DNA of 32,000 nucleotides from Micrococcus luteus NCTC 2665 (GTDB lineage: Bacteria; Actinomycetota; Actinomycetes; Actinomycetales; Micrococcaceae): assembly GCF_000023205.1 (NCBI RefSeq), contig NC_012803.1, positions 1,740,001 to 1,772,000 of the forward strand, given 5' to 3'. This document shows, one piece after another, positions 8,132 to 16,433 of the stretch; positions within the stretch are counted from its first letter, which is position 1, and each line of letters opens with the position of its first letter. A program made the position numbers and the translations under genes. Under the pieces are notes generated by a model. It saw only the letters and a list, made by a program, of their open reading frames with translations, was not told where the DNA came from and searched no databases.

Positions 8132-9784
8132 TCAGCGCTCCGTCACCCGCCCGTCCTGGACCTGCCAGCGGCGGTCGGTGCGGACGGTGTCCAGCATGCG
8201 GCGGTCGTGGGTGACGAGCAGCAGGGCGCCCTCATAGGTCTCCAGGGCCTGTTCGAGCTGCTCGATGGCCTCCAGGTCCAGGTGGTTGGTGGGCTCGTCG
8301 AGCACCAGGACGTTCACCCCGCGGGCCTGGAGCAGGGCCAGGGATGCCCGGGTGCGCTCGCCGGGCGAGAGCTCGTCCACGGGGCGGTTCACGTGGTCGG
8401 CCCTGAGGCCGAACTTGGCCAGCAGGGTGCGCACCTCCCCGGAGGCCATCTCGGGCACGAGCGCCTCGAAGGCCGCGGCGAGCGGGACGGTCCCGACCAG
8501 CAGCGAGCGCGCCTGGTCGATCTCCCCGATCTGCACGCTGGACCCCAGGGCGGCCATGCCCTCGTCCGGGGCCTGGCGGCCCAGCAGCCCGCGCAGCAGG
8601 GTGGACTTGCCGGCCCCGTTGGGCCCGGTGATGCCGATCCGCTCCCCCGCGTTCACCTGGAGGGACACCGGGCCGAGCGTGAAGCCGCCCTGCCGGAAGA
8701 CGGCGTCGTTGAGGGTGGCGACCACCGAGCTGGAGCGCGGCGCCGCACCGATGGTGAACTCCAGCCTCCACTCCTTGCGCGGCTCCTCCACCTCCTCCAG
8801 GCGCGCGATGCGGCTCTCCATCTGCCGGACCTTCTGGGCCTGCTTCTCGCTCGACTCACTGTTGGCCTTGCGGCGCAGCTTGTCGTTGTCCGGGGACTTC
8901 TTCATCGCGTTGCGCACGCCCTGGCTGGACCACTCCCGCTGGATGCGGGCGCGGGAGACGAGGTCCTGCTTCTGCTCGGCGAACTCCTCGTACTTCTCCC
9001 GGGCCTGGCGGCGCAGGGTGGCCCGCTCCTCGAGGTAGGCCTCGTAGCCGCCGCCGTAGACGCGGTTGGTGCGCTGGGCGAGGTCGAGCTCCAGGACGCG
9101 GGTGACGCAGCGGGCCAGGAACTCGCGGTCGTGGCTCACCAGCACGACGCCGCCGCGCAGCTCCTGCACGAAGGCCTCCAGGCGGGTCAGACCGTCGAGG
9201 TCCAGGTCGTTGGTGGGCTCGTCCAGGAGCACGACGTCGAAGCGGGAGAGCAGCAGCGCGGCGAGGCCGACGCGGGCGGCCTGCCCACCGGAGAGGGAGG
9301 TCATGAGGACCTGTTCCGGGGAGGCGGAGAGGTCCAGGCCGAGGTCGGCGAGGACGGCGGGGATGCGCTCCTCCAGGTCCGCGGCGCCGGAGGTCAGCCA
9401 GCGGGTGAGGGCGGTGTTGTAGCGGTCCGCGGCGGCGTCGGTGACGTCCGGGTCCGCCAGGCCTGAAGCGGAGGCGTCCATCTCTCGGGTGGCCTCGGCA
9501 CAGCCGGTGCGGCGGGCGATGTACCCGGCCACCGTCTCCCCCGGCACGCGCTCGTGCTCCTGCGGCAGCCAGCCGACGAAGGCGTCCGAGGGGGCGAGGG
9601 ACACGGCGCCGGCCTGCGGGGCGAGGTCCCCGCCGAGGATGCGCAGCAGCGTGGACTTGCCCGTGCCGTTGGCCCCCACGACGCCGACGACGTCCCCGGG
9701 CGCGACCGTGAGGTCCAGATCCTCGAAGAGCGTGCGGTGGCCGTGGCCGCCGGCCAGGCCGGAGGCGACGAGGGTGGCGGTCAT
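8132..9784 (-). CDS. ABC-F family ATPase (no transmembrane domain; translation-factor type)
   Basis: Two Walker A motifs (GANGTGKST, GPNGAGKST) and two signature motifs (LSGGQ, LSPGE). A charged inter-domain linker reads REKYEEFAEQKQDLVSRARIQREW. Confidence 0.9.
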   Translation of the reverse strand: MTATLVASGLAGGHGHRTLFEDLDLTVAPGDVVGVVGANGTGKSTLLRILGGDLAPQAGAVSLAPSDAFVGWLPQEHERVPGETVAGYIARRTGCAEATREMDASASGLADPDVTDAAADRYNTALTRWLTSGAADLEERIPAVLADLGLDLSASPEQVLMTSLSGGQAARVGLAALLLSRFDVVLLDEPTNDLDLDGLTRLEAFVQELRGGVVLVSHDREFLARCVTRVLELDLAQRTNRVYGGGYEAYLEERATLRRQAREKYEEFAEQKQDLVSRARIQREWSSQGVRNAMKKSPDNDKLRRKANSESSEKQAQKVRQMESRIARLEEVEEPRKEWRLEFTIGAAPRSSSVVATLNDAVFRQGGFTLGPVSLQVNAGERIGITGPNGAGKSTLLRGLLGRQAPDEGMAALGSSVQIGEIDQARSLLVGTVPLAAAFEALVPEMASGEVRTLLAKFGLRADHVNRPVDELSPGERTRASLALLQARGVNVLVLDEPTNHLDLEAIEQLEQALETYEGALLLVTHDRRMLDTVRTDRRWQVQDGRVTER

Positions 9785-9812
9785 GCTTCTCCTGACGGAA
9801 GTGCGGCGGGCG

Positions 9813-10643
9813 TCAGGCCATTCTGCCGCGACTGAGCTCCACGAGCTTCTCGGCCCGGGCGCGCGTCGCCTCCTCTCCCGCCGCGATGGCGACGCCGGAG
9901 CTGCGGAAGTCCGCGACCGTCATCCCCTCGATCGGCGGGCTGATGAGCACGTCCGGCCGGTAGAGCGAGAGCCGGACGGTGGTGAGCTGGGCCTGCATGA
10001 CGTCGATCGCCCGCATGGCCTGGCGCAGCGACGTGGCGGGCGAACGGCGGGTGCGGGTGCGCGCCCCGGGCTCCGGCCGCTCCAGGGGCTCGAGCGTGGT
10101 GGCATCGACGGCGATCACCCGCTGCGCGCCCAGGAAGCGCACCCCGTCCACCGGGATCTGATTGAGGATGCCGCCGTCCACCAGCACGGAGTCCCCCACG
10201 GTCACCGGCTCCAGCGCGCCGGGGTAGGCGGTGGTCGCCTGGATCGCGGTGATGAGGTCCCCGGTGTGCAGGTAGCGGGTCTGGCCCTCGACGACGTCGG
10301 CCGCGGTGAGCACCAGGGGAATCTGCAGCTCCTCGAAGGTGTCCGGGAGCAGCTCGCGGAGCCAGGCCCGCAGCCTCTCGCTGGAGAGGATGCCGCCGGT
10401 CAGGCCCCAGTTGATGAGCCGCGGCCAGTCCACGCTCCGCTCGATCTTCTCGAGCGAGGCGGCGTCATGACCGGCGGCTATGAGCGCGCCGAGGAGGCCG
10501 CCCATGCTCGTTCCCGCGAGCACGTCCGGGCGGATGTCGAGCTCCTCGAGCACCCGCCAGACCCCGATGTGGCACAGCCCGCGCGCTCCTCCGCCGCCCA
10601 GGGCGAGGCCCAGCCGACCCGTGGGCCGTTCGTCATGCATCAT
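9813..10643 (-). CDS. patatin-like phospholipase
   Basis: GGGGARG oxyanion motif, GTSMG (GxSxG) nucleophile and LVDGGI (catalytic Asp). Confidence 0.85.
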   Translation of the reverse strand: MMHDERPTGRLGLALGGGGARGLCHIGVWRVLEELDIRPDVLAGTSMGGLLGALIAAGHDAASLEKIERSVDWPRLINWGLTGGILSSERLRAWLRELLPDTFEELQIPLVLTAADVVEGQTRYLHTGDLITAIQATTAYPGALEPVTVGDSVLVDGGILNQIPVDGVRFLGAQRVIAVDATTLEPLERPEPGARTRTRRSPATSLRQAMRAIDVMQAQLTTVRLSLYRPDVLISPPIEGMTVADFRSSGVAIAAGEEATRARAEKLVELSRGRMA

Positions 10644-11331
10644 GGGCCCAGTGTGCCACGGACATGACCGTGAAGGGAGCGATGCCGGTCAGTCCGTCTC
10701 CGGCAGGCCGGCGGCCCACAGGGCGGCGGCAGACGAGGGCGCGGAACGCCTGCATCGGTCCCTCACCGTCCTGACGACCACCGAGTTCCTGGGCGGCGTC
10801 GAGATCACGATCGGCCTGCTCGCGTACCTGCTCACGCTCCACGAGACGGGCAGCCACCTGCTGGCCGGACTCGCGTTCTCCATCGGCCTGGTCAGCCTGT
10901 TCCTCGCCCACTCCGAGCTCTTCACGGAGGGGTTCTACTACCCGATCACCGCGATCGCCGCCGGCCGGGGCACGTGGGTGGAGCTGCTGCGTCTGTGGGC
11001 GGTGACCCTCGTGATGAACCTCCTCGGCGGCACCGTGATGATCGCCCTCGTGGTGGCGGGGTTCCCCGACCTGCACGGCACCCTGGCCGAGAGCGCCCAC
11101 CACTTCCTGGACATCGGCTTCAGCTGGCAGGGCGCCGCCCTGGCGGTCCTGGCCGGGGTGGCGATCACCCTCGTGACGCGGATGCAGGCCGGGACGGACA
11201 GCCCGACGGCGATGATCGTCGCGTCCGTCGCCGGAGCCGTCGTCCTCGCCGGCGGTTCGCTCTTCCATTCGGTGATGGACTCGATCCTCATCATCGGAGC
11301 CATCCTGTCCGGAGCGCACGGCGTGGGCTGA
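10642..11331 (+). CDS. formate/nitrite transporter (FNT) family channel, as terminated by TGA 11329 (see finding: the reading frame continues to 11451)
   Basis: AHSELFTEGFYYPI (FNT signature region) and several TM segments. The start is uncertain: ATG 10642 overlaps the patatin start on the other strand, and GTG 10651 is an alternative. The track ORF start at 10480 lies inside the patatin gene. Confidence 0.7.
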   Translation: MGPVCHGHDREGSDAGQSVSGRPAAHRAAADEGAERLHRSLTVLTTTEFLGGVEITIGLLAYLLTLHETGSHLLAGLAFSIGLVSLFLAHSELFTEGFYYPITAIAAGRGTWVELLRLWAVTLVMNLLGGTVMIALVVAGFPDLHGTLAESAHHFLDIGFSWQGAALAVLAGVAITLVTRMQAGTDSPTAMIVASVAGAVVLAGGSLFHSVMDSILIIGAILSGAHGVG

Positions 11332-11474
11332 CTCGAGTGGCTCAGCTGGGTGTGGTGGGTGATCCCCCTGAACATCCTCGGCGGGTTGGCGCTGACGACG
11401 GCGCCGCGCCTGCTGCGTTCCAAGGAGGTGCGGGAAGAGAAGGGGCGGTGAGGGCAAGGTCCGAATGGCAGGGG

Positions 11475-12314
11475 TCAGACGGCGTCACGCGTCCCGTCGG
11501 CGGCGGGCTCGGGCAGCTCCTCGGTCATCCGGGAGGAGTTGGGGAAGACGAAGCGGTAGCTGAGACCGGCGACCGCGGCGCCCAACAACGGGGCCACGAA
11601 GAACAGCCAGACCTGGCCGAGGGCGTCCCCGCCTGCGAACAGGGCCACGCCGCAGGAGCGAGCGGGGTTCACGGAGGTGTTCGACACGGGGATGGAGATC
11701 AGGTGGATCAGCGTGAGGGTCAGGCCGATGGCCAGCGGCGCGAAGCCGGACGGAGCACGGCGGTCCGTGGCGCCGAGGATGATGTAGAGGAACACGGCGG
11801 TCAGCAGCGCCTCGGTCAGGAACACCGCGCCCATCGAGTAGCCGGCGGGCGAGAGTTCGCCGTAGCCGTTGGTGGCCAGGCCGTTCTCCGCAAGCGAGTA
11901 GCCCGGACGACCGGAGGCGATCGCCAGCAGCACGCCGCCGGCCGCCACGCCGCCCACGAGCTGGGCGATCCAGTACGGCACAGTGAGCTTCCACGGCAGA
12001 CGACCCGCGAGCGCCGCACCCAGGGTGACTGCCGGGTTGAAGTGACCGCCGGAGACGTGACCCACGGCGTAGGCCATGGCCACCACGGTCAGGCCGAAGA
12101 CGAGGGCGACGCCGAGGAAGCCGATGCCCATGTTGACGCCTGTGGCGTCGTCGATCACGGATGCGGAGAACACGGCAGCGCCGTCCGTGGGACCGTCCCG
12201 CCGTTGCCTGGGCGCACCGTCTCGTCCCGCGTCCACCCTCCTGACCGCGCCGCCACGATCACGCCCGCAGATCAGGCAGCGGACCTCATCCGGGACGGGG
12301 ACGCCGCCGGGCAC
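11475..12314 (-). CDS. aqpZ: aquaporin (MIP family, AqpZ-like); N-terminus atypical
   Basis: Two NPA boxes ([10 protein letters not shown] and NTSVNPARS) and strong similarity to E. coli AqpZ from [15 protein letters not shown] onward. The first about 55 codons of the ORF are Arg/Asp/Gly-rich, not a TM helix. Confidence 0.8.
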   Translation of the reverse strand: MPGGVPVPDEVRCLICGRDRGGAVRRVDAGRDGAPRQRRDGPTDGAAVFSASVIDDATGVNMGIGFLGVALVFGLTVVAMAYAVGHVSGGHFNPAVTLGAALAGRLPWKLTVPYWIAQLVGGVAAGGVLLAIASGRPGYSLAENGLATNGYGELSPAGYSMGAVFLTEALLTAVFLYIILGATDRRAPSGFAPLAIGLTLTLIHLISIPVSNTSVNPARSCGVALFAGGDALGQVWLFFVAPLLGAAVAGLSYRFVFPNSSRMTEELPEPAADGTRDAV

Positions 12315-12339
12315 CGCTCGTCCGGCCGGGGGCCGGGCC

Positions 12340-12861
12340 TCAGCCCGCCGGCTGATCCACCCCCGCGGCGGGACGCCCGTCCTCCAGGTAGACGCAGTGC
12401 GCGGCGTCCCAGGCGGCGTCGACGCGGCGGGCGATCGCCGGGCGCAGGAGCTTCCGGGCCTCCTGGCACGTCACGAAGCGATGCTCGGAGGCCTCGTCCT
12501 CCTGCAGGCGGATGGCGGCGACGTCCGCGGCAGTGAGCGGGTGGACGGCTCGGAAGAGGAAGCGCAGGCCGATCCGGCCGTCGGCCTTGCTGGGCCGCGT
12601 GTCGACGGCGACGAGCCGCCCGGCGGTCACCTCCAGCTTATGTCCCGCGCGGCGGGCGCGCACCGTGCGGACGGCCAGGATCAGCCAGGCGAGCACGGCC
12701 AGCGCGGCGAACACCGCGGGCAGCACGTGCCCCAGGAGCACGGAGGAGGCGACGGCGGCGAGGAACGCGGCCAGGTTGAGGACGACGTCGTACATCGGCG
12801 CGATGAACCGCCGGTTCACCACGTGGAGCCCGGCGATCGCCACGCCGCACGCGAACGTCAC
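12340..12861 (-). CDS. hypothetical membrane protein (2-3 N-terminal TM helices plus a soluble C-terminal domain of about 95 aa)
   Basis: 173-aa ORF with a GTG start and high GC3. Hydrophobic stretch [40 protein letters not shown] recognise no family. Confidence 0.5.
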   Translation of the reverse strand: MTFACGVAIAGLHVVNRRFIAPMYDVVLNLAAFLAAVASSVLLGHVLPAVFAALAVLAWLILAVRTVRARRAGHKLEVTAGRLVAVDTRPSKADGRIGLRFLFRAVHPLTAADVAAIRLQEDEASEHRFVTCQEARKLLRPAIARRVDAAWDAAHCVYLEDGRPAAGVDQPAG

Positions 12862-12894
12862 CGAGAGCAGGAGGTTGACTACCGGGGGAGGGTA

Positions 12895-12990
12895 TCAGCG
12901 GCGGTCGAGTCGGACGGCCTCGAGCATGCGGCGGTCGTGGGTGACAAGCAGCAGGGCGCCGTCCTAGGCCTCGAGGGCCTGCTCCGGGCG
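12895..12990 (-). pseudogene. relic of the 3-prime end of an ABC-F ATPase paralog
   Basis: The minus strand reads ...EQALEA*DGALLLVTHDRRMLEAVRLDRR* with an in-frame TAG at 12964-12966. The DNA aligns by eye at roughly 80 percent identity to about 8166-8258, the 3-prime end of the ABC-F gene (...EQALETYEGALLLVTHDRRMLDTVRTDRR...). Confidence 0.6.
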
Positions 12991-13119
12991 TTCGAGGCCT
13001 GCAGACGGGCGTCAGCCTTGCCGGGCATAGGCGTGCTCGCGTTGCGTCACTGACCCTTTGCGTCATGGCCGCGAGGCTTTGTCCGCGAGAGGCGGGCATC
13101 CCCTCGCTACGCTGAGGCC

Positions 13120-13845
13120 ATGGCTACGGTTCTCCTCGTGCGGCACGGCCGCACCACGGCCAATGCGACGGGACTGCTGGCAGGCCGGACCCCCGGGGTC
13201 AGCCTGGACGAGCACGGACGGGAGCAGGCGGCCCGCACCGCGGACCGCATCGCGGCCGTGCCCGTGGCCGCGGTGGTGGCCAGTCCCCTGGAGCGGTGCG
13301 CGCAGACGGCCCGCGCCCTCCTCGATCGCCAGCCGGGGACGGTGTCCTCGCTGGTCGACGACGACCTCACCGAGTGCGACTACGGCCAGTGGCAGGGGCG
13401 CGCGCTCAGCGACCTGGCCACCGAGCCCCTGTGGGCGACGGTGCAGACCCAACCTTCCGCCGTCGTCTTCCCCGGCGGGGAGTCCATGGCCGGCATGCAG
13501 GCCCGCGCGGTGGCGGCGATCCGCCGGCACGACGCCGCGGTCGAGGCCGAGCACGGGCCCGGGGCGGTGTGGGTGGCGGTGAGCCACGGGGACGTCATCA
13601 AGTCGATCCTGGCCGATGCGCTCGGCACGCACCTGGACCTGTTCCAGCGGATCGAGGTGGGGCCCGCCTCCGTGTCCATCGTGAGCTACGGACCGAGCCG
13701 ACCGCGGGTCTGGGCGACCAATACCGACGCCGGGGACCTGTCCTGGCTGGCGACCCTCGGCCCGTCCGACGACGCACCGGTGGGCGGCGGTGCGGGCACG
13801 GGCGCCGGTGCGGTGGACGGGCAGACGCCTAGGATCGTGGCATGA
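13120..13845 (+). CDS. histidine phosphatase family protein (MSMEG_4193-type putative phosphomutase)
   Basis: LLVRHGRTTAN (RHG catalytic motif), a later SHGDV, and GAGG just upstream of the ATG. Confidence 0.88.
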   Translation: MATVLLVRHGRTTANATGLLAGRTPGVSLDEHGREQAARTADRIAAVPVAAVVASPLERCAQTARALLDRQPGTVSSLVDDDLTECDYGQWQGRALSDLATEPLWATVQTQPSAVVFPGGESMAGMQARAVAAIRRHDAAVEAEHGPGAVWVAVSHGDVIKSILADALGTHLDLFQRIEVGPASVSIVSYGPSRPRVWATNTDAGDLSWLATLGPSDDAPVGGGAGTGAGAVDGQTPRIVA

Positions 13846-14384
13846 CTGATGCACCTGCCCCCGTCCATGAGTTCGACTGGCCGGATCGGGTCGTGATCGG
13901 GACGCTCGGGCGTCCCGGAGCCCGCACGTTCTACCTGCAGGTGCGCACCGGGCCCCGGCTGGTGAGCCTGGCCCTGGAGAAGCAGCAGTCGGCCCTGATG
14001 GCGGAGATGATCGACGAGATCCTGGACGATCTGATGGCGCTGGAGGGCAACCCGCACAGCGTCCCGGCCAGCACGCCCGTGGAACTCGTGGACAACGATC
14101 CGCTGGACCCGGTGCAGGAGTGGTTCCGGGTGGGGGCCATCGGCCTGGGCTGGGACCCCACCACCGCGCAGGTGTTCATCGACGCGCACCCCCTCTCCGA
14201 CGACGACGCCGACCCGGCGCCCGAGGCGGGCGCCGAGGCCGTGCGCGTCCGCATGCCCGTCGGCGCCGCCCGGGCGTTCGCCCGGCGCACCCGGGAGGTC
14301 GTGGACGCCGGACGTCCGTTCTGCTCGGACTGCGGCCAGCCCATCGACCCCGACGGCCACGACTGCACTCTCCCCGACTCCTGA
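13842..14384 (+). CDS. DUF3090 family protein
   Basis: MTDAPAPVHEFDWPDRVVIGTLGRPGARTFYLQVR... with C-terminal CSDCGQPIDPDGHDC. Its ATG overlaps the upstream stop (ATGA). This is the position expected after the phosphomutase-like gene in actinobacteria (from memory). Confidence 0.8.
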   Translation: MTDAPAPVHEFDWPDRVVIGTLGRPGARTFYLQVRTGPRLVSLALEKQQSALMAEMIDEILDDLMALEGNPHSVPASTPVELVDNDPLDPVQEWFRVGAIGLGWDPTTAQVFIDAHPLSDDDADPAPEAGAEAVRVRMPVGAARAFARRTREVVDAGRPFCSDCGQPIDPDGHDCTLPDS

Positions 14385-15166
14385 TGAGCCCCGCGGACGT
14401 GCCCGCCGGCGAGCTGGTGTCCGGGGAGCTGACGCTCACCGGCCGCATCACGACGGTGTCCAACGCCACGTTCCTCGGCGCGATCGGTGACACCTCGGTG
14501 GTCTACAAGCCGGTGGCCGGCGAGGCCCCGCTCTGGGACTTCCCCGCCGGGACCCTGGCCCGCCGCGAGGTGGCCGCGCACCTGGTGTCCGAGGCGCTGG
14601 GGTGGGACATCGTGCCGCGCACCTGGCTGCGAGACGGCCCCTTCGGCGAGGGCATGGTGCAGCTCTGGCAGGAGCAGGATCCTGAGCAGGACGCCGTGGA
14701 CCTGTTCCCGGCGGACGAGGTGCCGGCCTCGGGGTGGCTCACGATCCTGGAGGGTGAGGACGAGGGCGGGAATCGGCTGGTCCTGGCCCACGAGGACTCG
14801 GCGGCGCTGCGCCGCATGGCGGTGTTCGACGTGCTCGTCAACAACGCCGACCGCAAGGGCGCCCACATCCTCGCCATGCCCGGCGGGCACCGTCACGGGG
14901 TGGACCACGGGCTCACCTTCCATGTGGAGGACAAGCTGCGCACCGTGCTGTGGGGATGGCTGGGCGAGGCGCTAAGCGAGGAGGAGCGCGACGGCGTCGC
15001 CCGGGTTCTCGACGGGCTCGACGGTGAGCTGGGGCAGGGGCTGGCGGAGCTGTTGAGTGCCGAGGAAGTCGACGCCCTCGCCGAACGCTGCACCCGGTTG
15101 CTCGACGACGGGATCTTCCCTGCCCCGAGCGGGCTGACGCCGGCCATGCCCTGGCCGCTGTTCTGA
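14384..15166 (+). CDS. SCO1664 family protein (PI3/4-kinase-like fold, uncharacterised)
   Basis: Start MSPADVPAGELVSGELTLTGRI at ATG 14384, overlapping the DUF3090 stop by 1 nt (TGATG). Contains FDVLVNNADRKGAHIL and HGVDHGLTFH. The track ORF start (14120) lies inside the previous gene. Confidence 0.8.
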   Translation: MSPADVPAGELVSGELTLTGRITTVSNATFLGAIGDTSVVYKPVAGEAPLWDFPAGTLARREVAAHLVSEALGWDIVPRTWLRDGPFGEGMVQLWQEQDPEQDAVDLFPADEVPASGWLTILEGEDEGGNRLVLAHEDSAALRRMAVFDVLVNNADRKGAHILAMPGGHRHGVDHGLTFHVEDKLRTVLWGWLGEALSEEERDGVARVLDGLDGELGQGLAELLSAEEVDALAERCTRLLDDGIFPAPSGLTPAMPWPLF

Positions 15167-15179
15167 CGGGCCCGAGGCG

Positions 15180-15421
15180 TCAGCGCGTCCGGCTGATCGT
15201 GAAGTCCAGCGAGTTCTCGCCGACGGCGCGCAGGATCGGCCCGGAGACGGGGAAGGGCAGGTCCTGGACCGCGTTGCCTGACACGGGATCTCGCAGCTGC
15301 GCAGGGTGGCGTCGGTGGAGCACGTCGAGGTCCGCGTCTGCGTCTGGCAGCCCACGAGGGCCGCGGCGGTCAGGCCGAGGCCCAGGAGCGAGGTGTTGGC
15401 TCGTGTGCGCACGGTGCCCAC
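15180..15421 (-). pseudogene. small lipoprotein gene with an apparent frameshift
   Basis: From GTG 15421 (or 15412) the sequence is (M)GTVRTRANTSLLGLGLTAAALVGCQTQ..., a textbook lipoprotein signal with an LVGC lipobox. High GC3 stays in this frame until about 15285, then switches to the frame ending ...PVSGNAVQDLPFPVSGPILRAVGENSLDFTISRTR* (stop 15180). The first frame otherwise runs 200 nt into the SCO1664 gene. Confidence 0.45.
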
Positions 15422-15475
15422 CCGATCGGAGATCCCAGCGGGCGTGCAGCGCGACCGCAGGGACATCGGGTGCAC

Positions 15476-16042
15476 TCAGTCCACGAGCCCCGCCGCGGCA
15501 CCGGCCGCGCGGTAGTCCGCGGCGAGCGAGTCCAGGGTGGCGTGAGCGTTGAGCCCGCTGGGGTTCGGCGCCACGAACAGCCGCGTGCCCGGCCACGGCG
15601 TCTCCTGCTCCCCCAGCGCCGCCTTCGGGCGTCCGAACGCCTGCCGGTAGGCCGTCACCCCCAACACGGCGACGACGGCCGGCGCATGCGCTGCCACGAG
15701 CGCGTCAAGGCGGGCGGGGGCGGCGGCGAGCTCCTCCGCGGTGAGCTCGTCGGCGCGGGCGGAGGCACGCGGGACGAGGTTGGAGATCCCGATGCCGCGG
15801 GCGTGCAGCTCGGCGAGGTCCTCGGCCTTGTAGCCGTCGGAGGCGTCGATCAGGTGTCGGGTGAGCCCGGCGCGGTGCAGGGCCGGGTAGAAGCGGTTGC
15901 CGCGGCGGGCGAAGTGCGCACCGGTGGCGGCGGTCCACAGGCCGGGGTTGATGCCGATGAACAGCAGCCGCAGCGGGTCCGGCAGCAGGTCGGGGACGGT
16001 GCGGTCGCGGAACTGCTGAAGTTCGGCCTGGGTGAAGCGCAT
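15476..16042 (-). CDS. mug: G/U mismatch-specific uracil-DNA glycosylase (family 2 UDG)
   Basis: GINPG and NPSGLN motifs. 188 aa. Its ATG is 1 nt downstream of the yoeB stop. Confidence 0.85.
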   Translation of the reverse strand: MRFTQAELQQFRDRTVPDLLPDPLRLLFIGINPGLWTAATGAHFARRGNRFYPALHRAGLTRHLIDASDGYKAEDLAELHARGIGISNLVPRASARADELTAEELAAAPARLDALVAAHAPAVVAVLGVTAYRQAFGRPKAALGEQETPWPGTRLFVAPNPSGLNAHATLDSLAADYRAAGAAAGLVD

Positions 16043-16043
16043 G

Positions 16044-16298
16044 TCAGTAGTGATACCTCGCCTGGAGGATGATCAGGTCCTCGCCGTCGACGAGGTAGAC
16101 GAGCCTGTGCTCCTCCGTGATGCGTCGGGACCATGCCCCGGCCGCGCCGTACTTCAGCTGCTCGGGTTTGCCGATCCCGTCGAGGGGATCACGCAGGGCG
16201 GCGTCGATGAGGGTGTTGATCCGTTGGAGGACCTTGCGGTCCGTGGTCTGCCAGTGCGTGCAGTCATCCCAGGCGGAGCGGTCCGACACGAGGCGCAT
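16044..16298 (-). CDS. yoeB: YoeB/Txe-family toxin (ribosome-dependent mRNA interferase)
   Basis: The 84-aa sequence MRLVSDRSAWDDCTHWQTTDRKVLQRINTLIDAALRDPLDGIGKPEQLKYGAAGAWSRRITEEHRLVYLVDGEDLIILQARYHY is full length. The GKPE, WSRRI and C-terminal RYHY catalytic positions are conserved. Confidence 0.9.
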   Translation of the reverse strand: MRLVSDRSAWDDCTHWQTTDRKVLQRINTLIDAALRDPLDGIGKPEQLKYGAAGAWSRRITEEHRLVYLVDGEDLIILQARYHY

Positions 16299-16433
16299 TC
16301 AGGCGTCCCCGTCCGCGGGCATGAGAACGGCGTTGCCCTTGCGGGAGACGATCTCGACGGCGTCGCGGTCCGCAGTCACTCGCTCGATGAGCGGGAACAG
16401 GGTCTTGCGGGCTTCACTGGCACTGATGGACAT
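16299..16433 (-). CDS. yefM: Phd/YefM-family antitoxin, N-terminal domain only (44 aa)
   Basis: MSISASEARKTLFPLIERVTADRDAVEIVSRKGNAVLMPADGDA* from ATG 16433, with GGAGGAGG upstream. Its stop directly abuts the yoeB ATG (TGAATG). The C-terminal toxin-binding half expected in this family is absent. Confidence 0.8.
   Translation of the reverse strand: MSISASEARKTLFPLIERVTADRDAVEIVSRKGNAVLMPADGDA

Noticed and set aside
11329-11331. TGA in the FNT gene as a selenocysteine codon
   Set aside because: The codon lies in a membrane-helix context with no redox motif. I saw no SECIS-like hairpin immediately downstream, and FNT channels are not known selenoproteins. A nonsense mutation or a sequencing error is more parsimonious.
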